A program made the translations under genes and the position numbers. DNA of 63,966 nucleotides, filler included, from Atractiella rhizophila (taxonomy: Eukaryota): NCBI GenBank assembly GCA_021432655.1. It is 4 parts of 4 records of this genome, joined end to end, with 100 filler letters (N's around TTAATTAATTAA, not from the genome) between each part and the next. Parts side by side here need not be neighbours in the genome. Positions count along the whole stretch, not along the records: positions 1 to 22,250 come from MU271762.1; 3 more parts are not named here. One strand, given 5' to 3'. The first letter of the stretch is position 1; each line of letters begins with the position of its first letter. The notes beneath the pieces were generated by a model, which ran no database searches, was not told the DNA's origin, and saw only the letters and a program-made list of their open reading frames with translations. Positions 1 through 12,195 of this stretch are shown one piece after another.

Positions 1-413
1 AGACACTGTCCTGGAGGGCGTGACGCGCGACTCAATACTCAGCCTGCTCCGTGAACACGCATCCGGGCAGATAAAGATCTCAGGGATCCCAGAGCGCATA
101 AGAGTGTCTGAGCGCAAGATCACAATGCCTGAAGTCGTGCGATTAAGCGAAGCTGGGAGGTTGCAGGAGATGTTCGGATGTGGAACGGCGGCCGTTGTAA
201 CGAGCGTGAGGAACATTGGGTGCGTTACTATCTATCTGCACTCCGATTTGAGCGTCCGGGCTAAATTGTTGCATGTGTAGGTACAAGAATCAGGATTATG
301 AAGTCCCTGTAGGACAGGATGGTCTAGGAGACTTCTCAAGAGCCATGTTGCGAGAAATTGTCGGTAGGCAGCTAGGACAGATCCCGAGTGATTGGAGCGT
401 CGTGGTTGCTTAA
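1..413 (+). CDS. BAT: Branched-chain amino acid aminotransferase (class IV PLP), 3' end only
   Basis: LEGVTRDSIL...ERKITMPE...LQEMFGCGTAAVVTSV are class IV aminotransferase motifs. GT-AG intron 220-280; last exon YKNQDYEVPVG...WSVVVA* with TAA at 411-413. Confidence 0.92.
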
Positions 414-1294
414 TTGCATTTGCAATGCATGCATGAACCATCACCTCACCTGCTCCATCACTGATGTCGGGCGGTTCTTCAGCGAATCAAAGCCGGATCA
501 TGGATATCTTTTCATGTTCTCCTCCCCACCAACGTCCTGACCATGCTCTTTGGCAATATCTTTTCAAAAGCAACCTGATTTCTTCTTGAGATCAAAATGC
601 GCTCCGGTATCCGGCAAACCTATCATCGGCAACTTCCCGTTCCCGCATTAACCTACTCAACAAGTTTACCGCAAGAACAACATAAAACGCACATTGAGGG
701 TTTCTACATGGTCTACATGGTGCTACTCGAAAGTAGGACCAAAACTACGACATGACAGCGCTTCGTGATAGTTTGCTACAACAACTGAGGGCAGAGAAGA
801 GGGACAGGACGTTGTCTTGGGCAGGGAAGTTGGACTTTTTCTGGCTCTTGATATTTGGATGTGAGCATTTCCCCATAAAAACTTCATATACCAATCCAAA
901 AAGAAGCTGCAAATCGCAATGTTGTCTTTCCCTTGAGCGTGATGGAGTTCGATCCATGCCTGGAAGCAGGTTCCAAGGCATGCTGCTTCTCAGAATCAGA
1001 GACGAACAGCTTTCTCCTTTCACCTTCTTGAATTCCCAAAGAGTCTGTATTGGATCAATTTATGTTCCTGCTTTGATCTTGACAAATAAAGAAACTGGGC
1101 AAGTGCTTTGGCTCTTAACACGAATTGAATTACCGTCAATACCAGGAATATTCGGGGCAAAATGCTCGCTTCTTCAGCAGGTCAGTGAGCATGCTAAATA
1201 TAATTAAACGGTGCTCCTTGTCTGACAGATAACCTGGTCTGGTGAAAGTGTATTCGTTTGCCCTTTCCTAATAAGGTGAACGAGGAGCGTGCAG

Positions 1295-2879
1295 ATGTCT
1301 TTGTCGTTAGCTTCTACCTCAGGAAATTCTATCATTCGGCATTCCTTCTGACTAACTGTGAACGCGTCCAGTTGCTTCTCTACCCCTTTCCGTCCTCAAA
1401 TTTCTCCTTCTCTACAAGTTTCCCCGCCCATGGTCCACACTCCCCATCTCCATACTCAATCGATGGATCATGTCCTACGGCACCATTGAGCAGGTTCGAG
1501 CCATCCACGGTCCTTTAGCGTACAAAATCAATGCGGCGAAGCCTGATCGAATCAATAAGGAGTATGGACAGTGGAGGAGGGAGGTGAAGGACGCACAGAC
1601 GGCAGTAGAAGGGACATGGATTGCACGACCTGGGACTGCGGAAACGGAGAGGAAAGGAGATGACATTGTCTTTTATTTCGTACATGGTGCGTTGTTTCAC
1701 TTCATGTGCGAATAAGAATAACTGATTTGGCTTGCAGGCGGCGGTTTTGTGTGTGACACCGGAGGGCCAGCTCAAACGTTCTTCCTTGAGTTGGTCAAGT
1801 ACATGAATGAAGTGAAAGGGGTGAAGTTTAGCGTTTTCCAGGTGCAGTATGGTAGGTTGTATACGATTCTCTTCTTCGTTCATCTAAAGCCTCGCAGTTC
1901 TCGCTCCGGAACACCCTTTTCCCGCTGCTCCTTTCGAAGCCTTGGAAGGCTATCGATACCTCCTCAAACTGGGCATTGAACCTTCTCGAATTTGCATCTC
2001 CGTACGTTTCTCCTCTCTTTCAAACGAGACATAATAAAGATTTTGCATTCAGGGCGATTCCGCAGGCGGAAACGCGGCCATTTCTGCCTTGATGATGAGA
2101 AGTCGCCCGTACATAGATGCAGAGAAGGGTCTGAACATAGGAGAACATATGGAGGATGTACCGAAACCAGGAAGCTCCATTCTTATTTCACCTTATTTAG
2201 GCTTTACGAGGGATAGCCCTTCACGGGTTGAAAACGAAAAATATGATTTTGTGGACGCTCAGTCTGTTTTCCTCTTTCAGACGACTGTAAAGATGAGACT
2301 GATGCGAACCCGTGATGACTGTAGCTGTCTCATTGCTGCTTCACTGGCTTACGTTGGTCATCCCGTCTCGCCTCATTCATCTGCTCTTTCTTTCCTCTTC
2401 ACCTCCCGCAAAACAAAACTCTCCGCCTTCCTCTCCTCTTCCCCTTACGACAAATCCACCCGAGCCATCCTCGCCAATCCATACGTTGATCCCTCCATGG
2501 TCCCAGAAACCGACTTGGATTGGATCAAGGACGCTATGCCAGAACGAGTAATGGTGTTATGGGGAGAAAAGGAGTGTTTGAGAGACGACATCGAGCGATG
2601 GATTGGCATGGCAGAGAGTGCTGGCGTAAAAGTGATAGGTCTGAAGAAGCCTGGAGCCGCGCACGACTGGTGTCTTTATGATTGGTTCGTTCCTCGCTGT
2701 CATTTCACGTATTTAACGAGGTATTGACGATGTTCTTTGTTTGAAGGGTCTTACCTAATGCTCACATTGTATTCCCGGATGGACCCTTTAACGATCCATA
2801 TTGGGCAATCAAAAATATGGCCAATTTTTTGGTTGAAGGTATGAACGGGAAGAAGGCAGACGTTGACACAAAGCTGTAG
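1295..2879 (+). CDS. HSL-like alpha/beta hydrolase (Say1/abhydrolase_3-like), multi-exon; start codon uncertain
   Basis: FYFVHG|GG oxyanion motif is split by an intron (~1688-1737). Also GDSAGGN nucleophile elbow (~2052), LISPY, WGEKECLRD, and AHDW (catalytic His). Stop TAG at 2877-2879. Confidence 0.85.
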
Positions 2880-3129
2880 TGAACTTGCCAATGTGCACTT
2901 GATGAAATGATGATTAGTAGTCGTGTTCGTAGCAAACAACTATAGACAGCAATATATTGCAACTCGAAAGGAGCAAATCAGAAATGAAGCGAATCCAAGA
3001 GTCCGTAGGTGTACAATTCGTGATAGTAAGAGACACGTTCCTCTTGCTCCATAATAATACTGGGATGAAAAAGGTCCTTGGATTGGAAATGGGGTACTAG
3101 ATCATGGGACCGCAGGGGAATATAAAAGA

Positions 3130-6100
3130 TCAACCGGGACGGGATTGACCACTCCTGCTCATGTCGATGAAGTCGAAGATTATGCTGCCGAACAGAGAGA
3201 CAGCGAGAAGGACACTAGACGCGCGTGCGAAGTTGTACCAATCGCACCTGATCGTCCCAACCATCAGAACCGGAGCGTCACCTGTTTAGGGGTGGGGAAC
3301 TTACCACCCCTCGAATGCTCCTGAAGGACAGCTCTGCCCAATGCCGATAGTCAAGATGGCGTCTCCAGCCGAAAGGAGGAAGAGGAGAATGTCCCAAATG
3401 ACTGCGATCTTCAGCTGACGCCTTCCGTGTTTCCAATACTCGATGAGAGTTGAGACCGAAATCTGGAGATCCTTGTTCGGGTCCTTCTTTTGCTCCTCTC
3501 TCGGTATTTGCCACGAATCTTCGCTGTCGGTTTCCTCCTCACTGTCCGTATCTGTGAGCCTCGAGCGCTTATCGAAACCGTACACATCTTCTTCCTCATC
3601 TGCGCTCTCCAGTCGCTCCCATATATCCCGATCATCTCTCTCCTTCTCCTTCTTCTTCCTCCATTCCCGTTCTTTCTCTTTCCGCCTCTTCTCCCTCTTC
3701 TCTTTCCTTTCCCGTTCCCCACTATCCCGCTTTGCACTGGTGAGCGCCTCTCCCTCCGCTCCTTCTGCCATTCCCGCACTTTTGATGGTGCTAGGTGTCC
3801 CAGGACCGTTCATAGTACCCCACATCCTCGGATCGACGATAAGATTGACATTGACCGGCTGTTGTTGCTGATGGGCCATTCGCTTCTTCTCCTTCTTCCG
3901 GCCACCGCCACAACAACTGCACCATCCTTCATCCATCTTCGGAGCCCCGACAACAGGAATGACCATTCCGCCCCAGACTGCGTTCGTGGAAGATAACTTG
4001 TCCTTAGTGCGACGGTTCCCGCAACAGAGTGGGGCGAGGAAGAATACGTAGAGAGTGATGAGGAGAGAGACTATGGAAAGGATGTAGAGGGAATATTGGG
4101 CGAAGGTGCCTTGAGCTGGCGGTTTCTCTTTGGGTTTGATCAGCTACACACTACATATCAGTTCTGCGGTTTCGATTTGGAAGAAGGGACGTGGAGGGAA
4201 GATCTGACTGACCATTGACCCTCCCACAGCTCCGACTAGCACGCCTAACTCCCATATGAGCTCGAACCACCGCAACGTCCACCTCTTCCATCCACCAGTG
4301 ACTACTAATCTCCCCCTTTTATCCGTCCCGCTTCTCCTTCGAATCTCTCTCCTCAACCTCTTCTCCTCACTCATCGGCTCATCACCATCTTCTTCATCCC
4401 CAAGACTATATCGTCCTCTCGGACTCGTCGTCGACGGACCCTTCGGTATCTTCTCCTTATCGTTCGAAGGCGTCGCTCGTTGAGAGGGAGAGCCGAACTC
4501 AGCTTCCAACATCTTTAGCCGCTTGGAATGTTTGCTACTCGAAGCGGCGTAAGGAGGTGGATAGACATCCTCTTCCCCTTCCACATCTCCTCGCCCATGG
4601 CCTTGACTCGAACTCGCAGGTGTTTCATGAAATGGATTGCCTCCAAATCCGACACCTGATTGCCAATTCGCCGGTTTTTCCTCCACCCCCAATTTCTTCT
4701 TCTCTTTCTTCCCTATGTCCTCCAATTCCTCTTCCCAAGGTGCCCTTCTCTCCTCAATCATCCGCTCCGCAACCTTCAACATCCCAATCTCTCCATAACC
4801 AGCTCGAAACGGATCCCCATCCTTCTTCTTCCCTCCTTTATCCCTCCCGCTCCTCTTAAACCGGGCATCGTCATCCGAATCGCTCCCCAAGCCTTCATCA
4901 ATCATGCTCTCCCCATCCTCTTCCCTCACATCCAGATACTGTTCAGGCCTCCGGAAGACTTCAAACTCGTTCGTCCGTCGCTTCTCTTTCTTCCTCCTCC
5001 TTCCAAAATCGGGACCAAATTGAGGTACGACGTCGAGGGTGACACGTCTGCCATGCTGTCTCTCCCTTCCACGCGCGAGAGCATGGGGAGGATGAAGAAC
5101 GGGAGTGGGAGCCGAATGTGCCTCTGAAGGTAGCGGGTTAGGTGTGCCGCTCGCACTTGGGATCGAGGGTGGGGGAGGGGATGCGTAGAGACGGAGTGGA
5201 GGGAGGGATGTGGCGGTGTGAGGGCGGGATGGAGGAGAGTGGATGTGTGGTGGAGGTGCGAAGGGGATGGGTCGATTGGGATCGAAGTGCCCTTCTTGTT
5301 CTTCTGCTTCCGAAGGTGAGAGTGGGGTATACGATCTTTCAAACCCATCCGGAGGTGAATACGGTCGAGCATCCATCTCGTATTCTTGTGGATGACGGTT
5401 GAGATGTGGGTGTTGGGAATACGAAGCGTATGGATCGGTACGAGGAGTTATACCACGGTGAGAGGGGATCGAAGGGTTCAATACGGAGTGCGGGAGGTTG
5501 GGGAGGGAATAGTTCGGTTGATGTGGAGGATGGAAGCGCGGATTGCTTTCTCGCTCACCGAACGGTCTTTGCTGATGATGACGAGAAGACGTAGGTTCGT
5601 AGGAGTATCTCGATCTCGTACGCTCTGACGAGGAAGGAGGAAGGTTGGACATCCGCCGTGATTGGGGCTGAGGAGGCGGTCGCCTTTCATCCTCCTCCGG
5701 CGATAGAGGATGTGATTGAAGCGGTAAATGAGAGGTGGATACGTAACCGAGGGGATAGGAGGTCGGATGATGCTGTTGAGAATGGGATGGGTATGGATAT
5801 GAACGTTGAGAATGTTGCGAGTGCGAGTATGATTGGGAGGGAGGAGAAGTGAACCCTCTGCTTGGGGGACCGCTTGTTCTGGTTTTGGAAGAAGGCTGCA
5901 AGGCTGCTCTCACGCGTGACTCTGACCGCGTCTGCGACTCTGCTGGGTAGCTCCTCCTTTCATTCTCAACGTAGTCATACGCCTCTCCAACCGTCCGACC
6001 GTATTCGACTTCCCTCGGTGAATCATACTCCCTCCTTTCGTCATCCGGCGGAAGCGGGATGGGATAGGAGTCTCGTCTCTCCCTCCGTCCTAAACGAGCT

Positions 6101-6327
6101 TGAGCGCTGTAAGAGTGTGCTGGTACATCGTCATAGAAGGAATCTTGAGGGTCATTATCCCACCGACGTGGAACATACGGCTCGCGTTGATTGTCGTGAT
6201 GGGATTGCGCAGACGTTTCTGGATGAGCTGGATAGGCTGAAGGGACAAGGTCATGCAGGTTCGCTTCATGGATTTCGGTCTCCGCCACTGATGGATCTTG
6301 TCTGGAATGATGGTAAGCATAATCCAT
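3130..6327 (-). CDS. Hypothetical membrane protein: long disordered Pro/Ser/Arg-rich N-terminus plus ~4 C-terminal TM helices
   Basis: A 727-aa ORF continues through GT-AG introns (~4145-4210, ~3249-3304) into hydrophobic segments (WELGVLVGAVGG, ILYILSIVSLLITLYVFF, IAVIWDILLFLL, SVLLAVSLFGSII). Stop at 3130-3132. Confidence 0.75.
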
Positions 6328-6946
6328 CGTTCCTTGCAGTAAGTCGGCAGGAGGAGTCGTTATTGTCGTGAGTCGTCTAAGGAGTCTTGTCTACAAACTA
6401 TGCCCACAGCCACTGATCAGGACATCAGCCGGACTGAGTACTAAGAGAGAACAGACAGTGTGTGCTAGCTGGATCTCATAACTGAAGCTGAGGAAACAAG
6501 TTGAGCTGAGTTGGAAAGTGAACGTTCGACTTACAAGAGCAAGAGAAGAAAGAAAGGGGTTAGTTTCCAAGTTTAGTGCTGAGGGGCCAGGATTACGTCA
6601 CGTGGTATGATTGCTCGCTTCAAGATTCAAGATTGGAGGATGTAATAATGCAGGCAATGATTAATGATGCATTCACGATGGGAGGACGTCAGGTCGCTTT
6701 ATTAAAATCCAAGATGGCATTAATCTCATTTCCTAAACGACAAGTGCTACTGCTAACGAATCAATATTGACACAAATATTCAATACATAAGAAGGTCGAA
6801 GCTAGTTGTGGCAGACAGCAGAAAGCTCAGATCAACAAATCCGTCAATTAGCAGAGTCCGAGTAGAGGTATACTCCCCCCAAGACAGCTTGCCTGAGGAA
6901 AGGGATAAACAAATGGTGGGACGGAAGAAGTGAATGACAGACTGGA

Positions 6947-7948
6947 TCATGAATCATCAGCCACGCTATTCCTAGGCGTCGTCTCTCTCTCATCTCTCTC
7001 CTTCTCTTTTTCCTTCTTCTCCTTCTCCAGCTTTTCAGACTCGTTCTCAAATGCATCTATTCCCAAAAAAGCACGTCATTCTCTCTTCTACTTCAGTTTG
7101 TTTCATTTAAAGGGCGCCATACCGTTCATCCGTGATGCCTCGTCGTTCATCCGCTCCAGCCAGCGCTTCAGTAAGGTCGCATTGTCCTCTTGTAGCGCCT
7201 CGTTACGCGCTTGCAGTTGGTCCACTTCGAGGTTGGCTGTTGTGAGGTCGTCTTGTTGCTTCTATTGAAGAAAGAGTTGTTAGATGTCATTTACGACGTA
7301 AGACAACGTCAAATTTTCAGCATTCGAGCTGAGAGAGGGGGAGAGAGGAAGTGGATGCTCATAATCGTCGGAATCAGCAACCGGACGTTCAATTTGCCTC
7401 CTTATGATTAATGAGCTACTTCCCAGCTCAGAAGCCACTTTTCTACCCCTCTCATCCCCCAAATCCAAGCGAAGCCAAGTACGTACCTGGATGTACCCAT
7501 CCTTCTCCCTCACCTTCCCCTCTAATCCGTCACACCTCGTCCTCAACCTCTCCAACTCGGCTCTAACCGCCCTCAACTCGTCCTCCTGCTCCCTACTCCT
7601 CTCCTCCGTCGTCCTCAAACTCTCATTCATGACAAGCAACCGTTGTGCATTCTGTCCCTGCACCTTATAACTCTCGCTCAGCTCGTCCCGCATCTTCTTC
7701 AACTGTGCCTCCAGGTCCACAATCAACGCGGAACGCGCTCCGTCGTCAGCCCCGCTTGAACCGCTGGTGACGGAGGATGGGTTGGCGCCGCTCGACTTGC
7801 CCACTCGGAGGAGAGATGCGTTCCGTTCTCGGAGTGTACCGAGTTTGAGCGAGAGCGCGCGGTAGTGGGAGATGATCTCGAAGAAGAGCTTTTCCCGTGT
7901 ATCTCGTGTCTGTAGACGGGTGAGGATGTCGTGTTGGAAGCTCGACAT
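6947..7948 (-). CDS. ATG16: Autophagy protein Atg16
   Basis: N-terminal helix FQHDILTRLQTRDTRE...IISHYRAL, a long coiled coil, then LQEDNATLLKRWLERMNDEASRMN, typical of the Atg16 C-terminus. Introns 7262-7486 and ~7057-7122. Confidence 0.88.
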
Positions 7949-8704
7949 GCTGCTGAGACTGTTCGCTTTGCATAATCAGCAACAGGTCCTGATGAATAGC
8001 TCTTGACACTAGCTTTATTGGAGACAAAACTGAGTTGGTCTTTGATTCCAGAATGCATCTGCAGAGCTCTGAGGCACTTCAAAATGCCGCCTCCCCTTGC
8101 TTGAAAGATATAGGTGAAAGCAATGCATCGTTGCATCGATAGTGACATCTTTACCAATTGGACAAATAATTGCAGGAGGGCTCACCTTCAGATGTAGATA
8201 CCTCTCTCAACGCCCCTAAATATTATATCGTTGCTCCAGAGAAGGCCACAACGCGGAAACTAGAGGTATATAACTTGGGTCTAATGTGAAGCTGTCTTGA
8301 TTTTGAGTGGTTGAAGTTGGTCTGGATCCCGTCCGGAAGGCCCCGGCACACCCGCTCCACAATTCGCGGGTCCTGTTGATGAAACTTTATTTTGACAACG
8401 ACGTGAACGTTGGGCAACCAGGTTCATCGCGACTTAGGTTAGATATCCTGCAAGAAGCGCTGAGAAAGTCCACCTACGCCGTGAATTGCTCGACTTTGCT
8501 CGGTCTACTGTGAGTGTTTCCCGCCACAAGGAGAGAATAGCTGTTCGATTCCCGAATTATCTAATTATCACGTATCGCTGAATTCTGTCAATTTATGAGA
8601 CTTTGCTGACTATGAAAAGTCGCTGCAATTATGCGAGGATGGCCATTCGTCCCAAAACTGATTCTGACTGCGAAATTTGAACAGCCAGCGCTCGAAACTC
8701 CAAA

Positions 8705-9126
8705 ATGACCGCAGGAACTCTCATCGGGGCACTGGCTCCCGAAACAACTGCAACAGCAATGGAGTTTCCCAAAGATGCTTCCGACGAAGACGAGGGATAT
8801 TCACACCATCACACTCCTCCAAAAGATTCAAAAGGTGTCGACACAACGGGAACGGAGCAAGACACCATCCGTGCGCTTTCATCGACCTACATTATTTCCA
8901 CTGAAGCTGACCTGAGCTGTGACATCTTCCCATTTCTCTAACGCAAGGCCACAAGCCCCGTATCTCGTTCTCAGACACCGTACGGATCACGGGGGGCGTT
9001 AACGTCCCTACGCGCAAGGGGAGGTCGACTCGTAGGAAGCCGATCCCATTCCCGATCGCTCTCCCTTCCAACGCCGTCATGCATTCACAGTCCCATTCTC
9101 AACCAAACTCGCGGCCGACGAGCGAA
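8705..9126 (+). CDS. Possible 5' end of a hypothetical gene running into the gap
   Basis: ATG in AAAATG context, acidic ORF, plausible GTGCGC...AG intron from ~8871. No recognisable domain. Confidence 0.35.
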
Positions 9127-10001
9127 NNNNNNNNNNNNNNNNNNNNNNNNNNNNNNNNNNNNNNNNNNNNNNNNNNNNNNNNNNNNNNNNNNNNNNNNNN
9201 NNNNNNNNNNNNNNNNNNNNNNNNNNNNNNNNNNNNNNNNNNNNNNNNNNNNNNNNNNNNNNNNNNNNNNNNNNNNNNNNNNNNNNNNNNNNNNNNNNNN
9301 NNNNNNNNNNNNNNNNNNNNNNNNNNNNNNNNNNNNNNNNNNNNNNNNNNNNNNNNNNNNNNNNNNNNNNNNNNNNNNNNNNNNNNNNNNNNNNNNNNNN
9401 NNNNNNNNNNNNNNNNNNNNNNNNNNNNNNNNNNNNNNNNNNNNNNNNNNNNNNNNNNNNNNNNNNNNNNNNNNNNNNNNNNNNNNNNNNNNNNNNNNNN
9501 NNNNNNNNNNNNNNNNNNNNNNNNNNNNNNNNNNNNNNNNNNNNNNNNNNNNNNNNNNNNNNNNNNNNNNNNNNNNNNNNNNNNNNNNNNNNNNNNNNNN
9601 NNNNNNNNNNNNNNNNNNNNNNNNNNNNNNNNNNNNNNNNNNNNNNNNNNNNNNNNNNNNNNNNNNNNNNNNNNNNNNNNNNNNNNNNNNNNNNNNNNNN
9701 NNNNNNNNNNNNNNNNNNNNNNNNNNNNNNNNNNNNNNNNNNNNNNNNNNNNNNNNNNNNNNNNNNNNNNNNNNNNNNNNNNNNNNNNNNNNNNNNNNNN
9801 NNNNNNNNNNNNNNNNNNNNNNNNNNNNNNNNNNNNNNNNNNNNNNNNNNNNNNNNNNNNNNNNNNNNNNNNNNNNNNNNNNNNNNNNNNNNNNNNNNNN
9901 NNNNNNNNNNNNNNNNNNNNNNNNNNNNNNNNNNNNNNNNNNNNNNNNNNNNNNNNNNNNNNNNNNNNNNNNNNNNNNNNNNNNNNNNNNNNNNNNNNNN
10001 N
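9127..10001. other. Assembly gap (N run)
   Basis: Continuous Ns. Confidence 1.
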
Positions 10002-12195
10002 ATCATTCGTGCTTGGGTTGTAATTGACTTTCAGGTTGAGCAGTATACTTGGGTACGTTGAGTGCTCAGCTTCTCTTTGGATTGGGCATTTCTTTGGATG
10101 ATGTGTGTCCGTTATTGACGTTTCAGTTGTTTATTCCCCATGCCACCCTGCCATCGCTTCAACATTACATTTCAAAAGCAGGCGTTCGTCCTTCCTTACT
10201 AGTGCTCGCTTTGTTGGATATACAATTACGATGTCAGGTTATGTTAAATGTTCAGCTTCGCTTTAACCGTACCTTCAAGTGCTGGCAGGGGCACTTTACT
10301 CTTCCGAGCACCTGCAGCTTCAGGTATCCCCATCCACCACTTACCCTCATGATGTGAGGAGAACCCACAGCGGCAATGTTTGCAAACAAAATAACGTTTT
10401 CATCAAGAAACTCTGTCCTTACATAACAAGTAATGGAGATCAAACACGGTGGCGACAATGTCATAGAAGGTTGTTGCAGCAACTGGAATGAAACACGATG
10501 ATTCTGCAAAGGAATCATTTTCAGGATCATTCCATCATCTTGTTGACTCCAAAGCTAGGCAAATGAGCGTTTGGGTGGGATGGTAATTGTGAGAAAATGC
10601 ATTTAGCACGATGACTGAGGGGCTGAGAGTAGATGTTGCCCAAATCACCTGCCCGTGCCCCTCTTTGACTGGCAATGATCTCCTCGTATTAATGTCCTAG
10701 CGATAAGGCCCTTATTAGTAGGACCGTGGCAGCATCTCGCCCATCTCAATGACGGTCTAGCGAAATCTCCATCGTCCACAATTCGAGAACGCTCATAAGC
10801 GGTCCCTGACCTTGTTCCCTCTTTGGAATTTTCCCCTCCCAATCGATGCTTCATGACCTGGCCCCCCTCCGCTTCGCTTCGAAGCTTTGAGTGTGAGACT
10901 AACCAGATGACGACCATCTGGCATGCCGAGCGGTTCAGATCCATTACGCATAAAAAAGATGACCTTTCTCGCCCTTTGCCACCCTTCTTTTCGACGCTTT
11001 AGCTTCACATTGCCACTGCAGCCAGAAAACACGCAAAAACGAGGATCGTACCCCGCAGTTGTCAGTGTTTGCACACTTCGATCACCATCACAAGACCACC
11101 ACCTGGACGTCTCCTCAAATCCCCCGCCTGCAACTGGCACTCCCTCCTTCAGGCGCACCATCTGCATATTGTCTAGCAGGTAGTCGAGCATTCGCCCCCG
11201 CTCCCAGAGGAAGAAAACCGTCCACCAATCACAACGACGAAATTTGTCAACGCGAAAACTTCCGAGTAGACGCTCAGAGGAAACTTGGAAAGGTCAAGTC
11301 GAAAGAGGCATAGGTGCGTCTTGCTCAGCGTGGAAGCATATGACCATTGCTGACTTCTTGCTCGACTGAACTCTGCCAACTTCCACCCTTCCCCACCGCG
11401 CGACGTTCTCGTACTCGTACTCGCTTGATGTGTCGGTCACGCCGCAAATTCATCAACTCTAACCCAATGAATACCAATAAATACTCGCTTTTCATTCTCT
11501 TCCGCTTTCATAATTGCCTGGGATCCTCCACAGATCCCTCGATCAGTCTGTTTGTCAATCCGCAGACTTAGAAGCCACGGGCAGCACCAGTCATCGAGGT
11601 CGAGCTCAAAAGTTCCGTGACTTGACCATTGCGAAACCGGAAGTGTGAGGGTGTCAGTCAGAAACCAGTGTTAAAAGATTGGAATGACCTGAGGCCCATG
11701 TTTGAGGTTTGCTTTCCTTACTGTGATGCTGAGAAAATGAGCTGACGAGTTACCCCTTTGCCCTGTGTTTTTTCCTCCCTTGATCTACCGCACTTCGCGC
11801 GCTTTTGGAACTTTGCGGATGACGATGGCATGTTCTCAGGAGATCAAATCAAACGAACACAACCTGTTTCATCTCTATAGAGTGCGCACCTTCTTCCCTT
11901 TCATTCAGGAACAGTCTGTTCATCGGATGATTGTTGGTAAAAGATTTCGTCGGATCATAAAAGAAACCTATCCCGACAATCCATAGATTCAGACGTCTCT
12001 TCCCTCGGTACAACCATCTCCATCTCAAAACCCCTTACACACTCCAATTCAACTTCCCATCCGTCAGAAGATATCAACAATCTCTCCTACCCGCCTGGTC
12101 TAGGTCCTGAAGACTCACCTTCTTTCTCCACATATTCGGTCTCTTCCCCCCCAAAAAATCCCAACTATCTACTTCGAAGGTCATCATATCCAAAC

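Noticed and set aside
9077..10023. 300-aa ORFs across the N run
   Set aside because: Artefacts of translating Ns.
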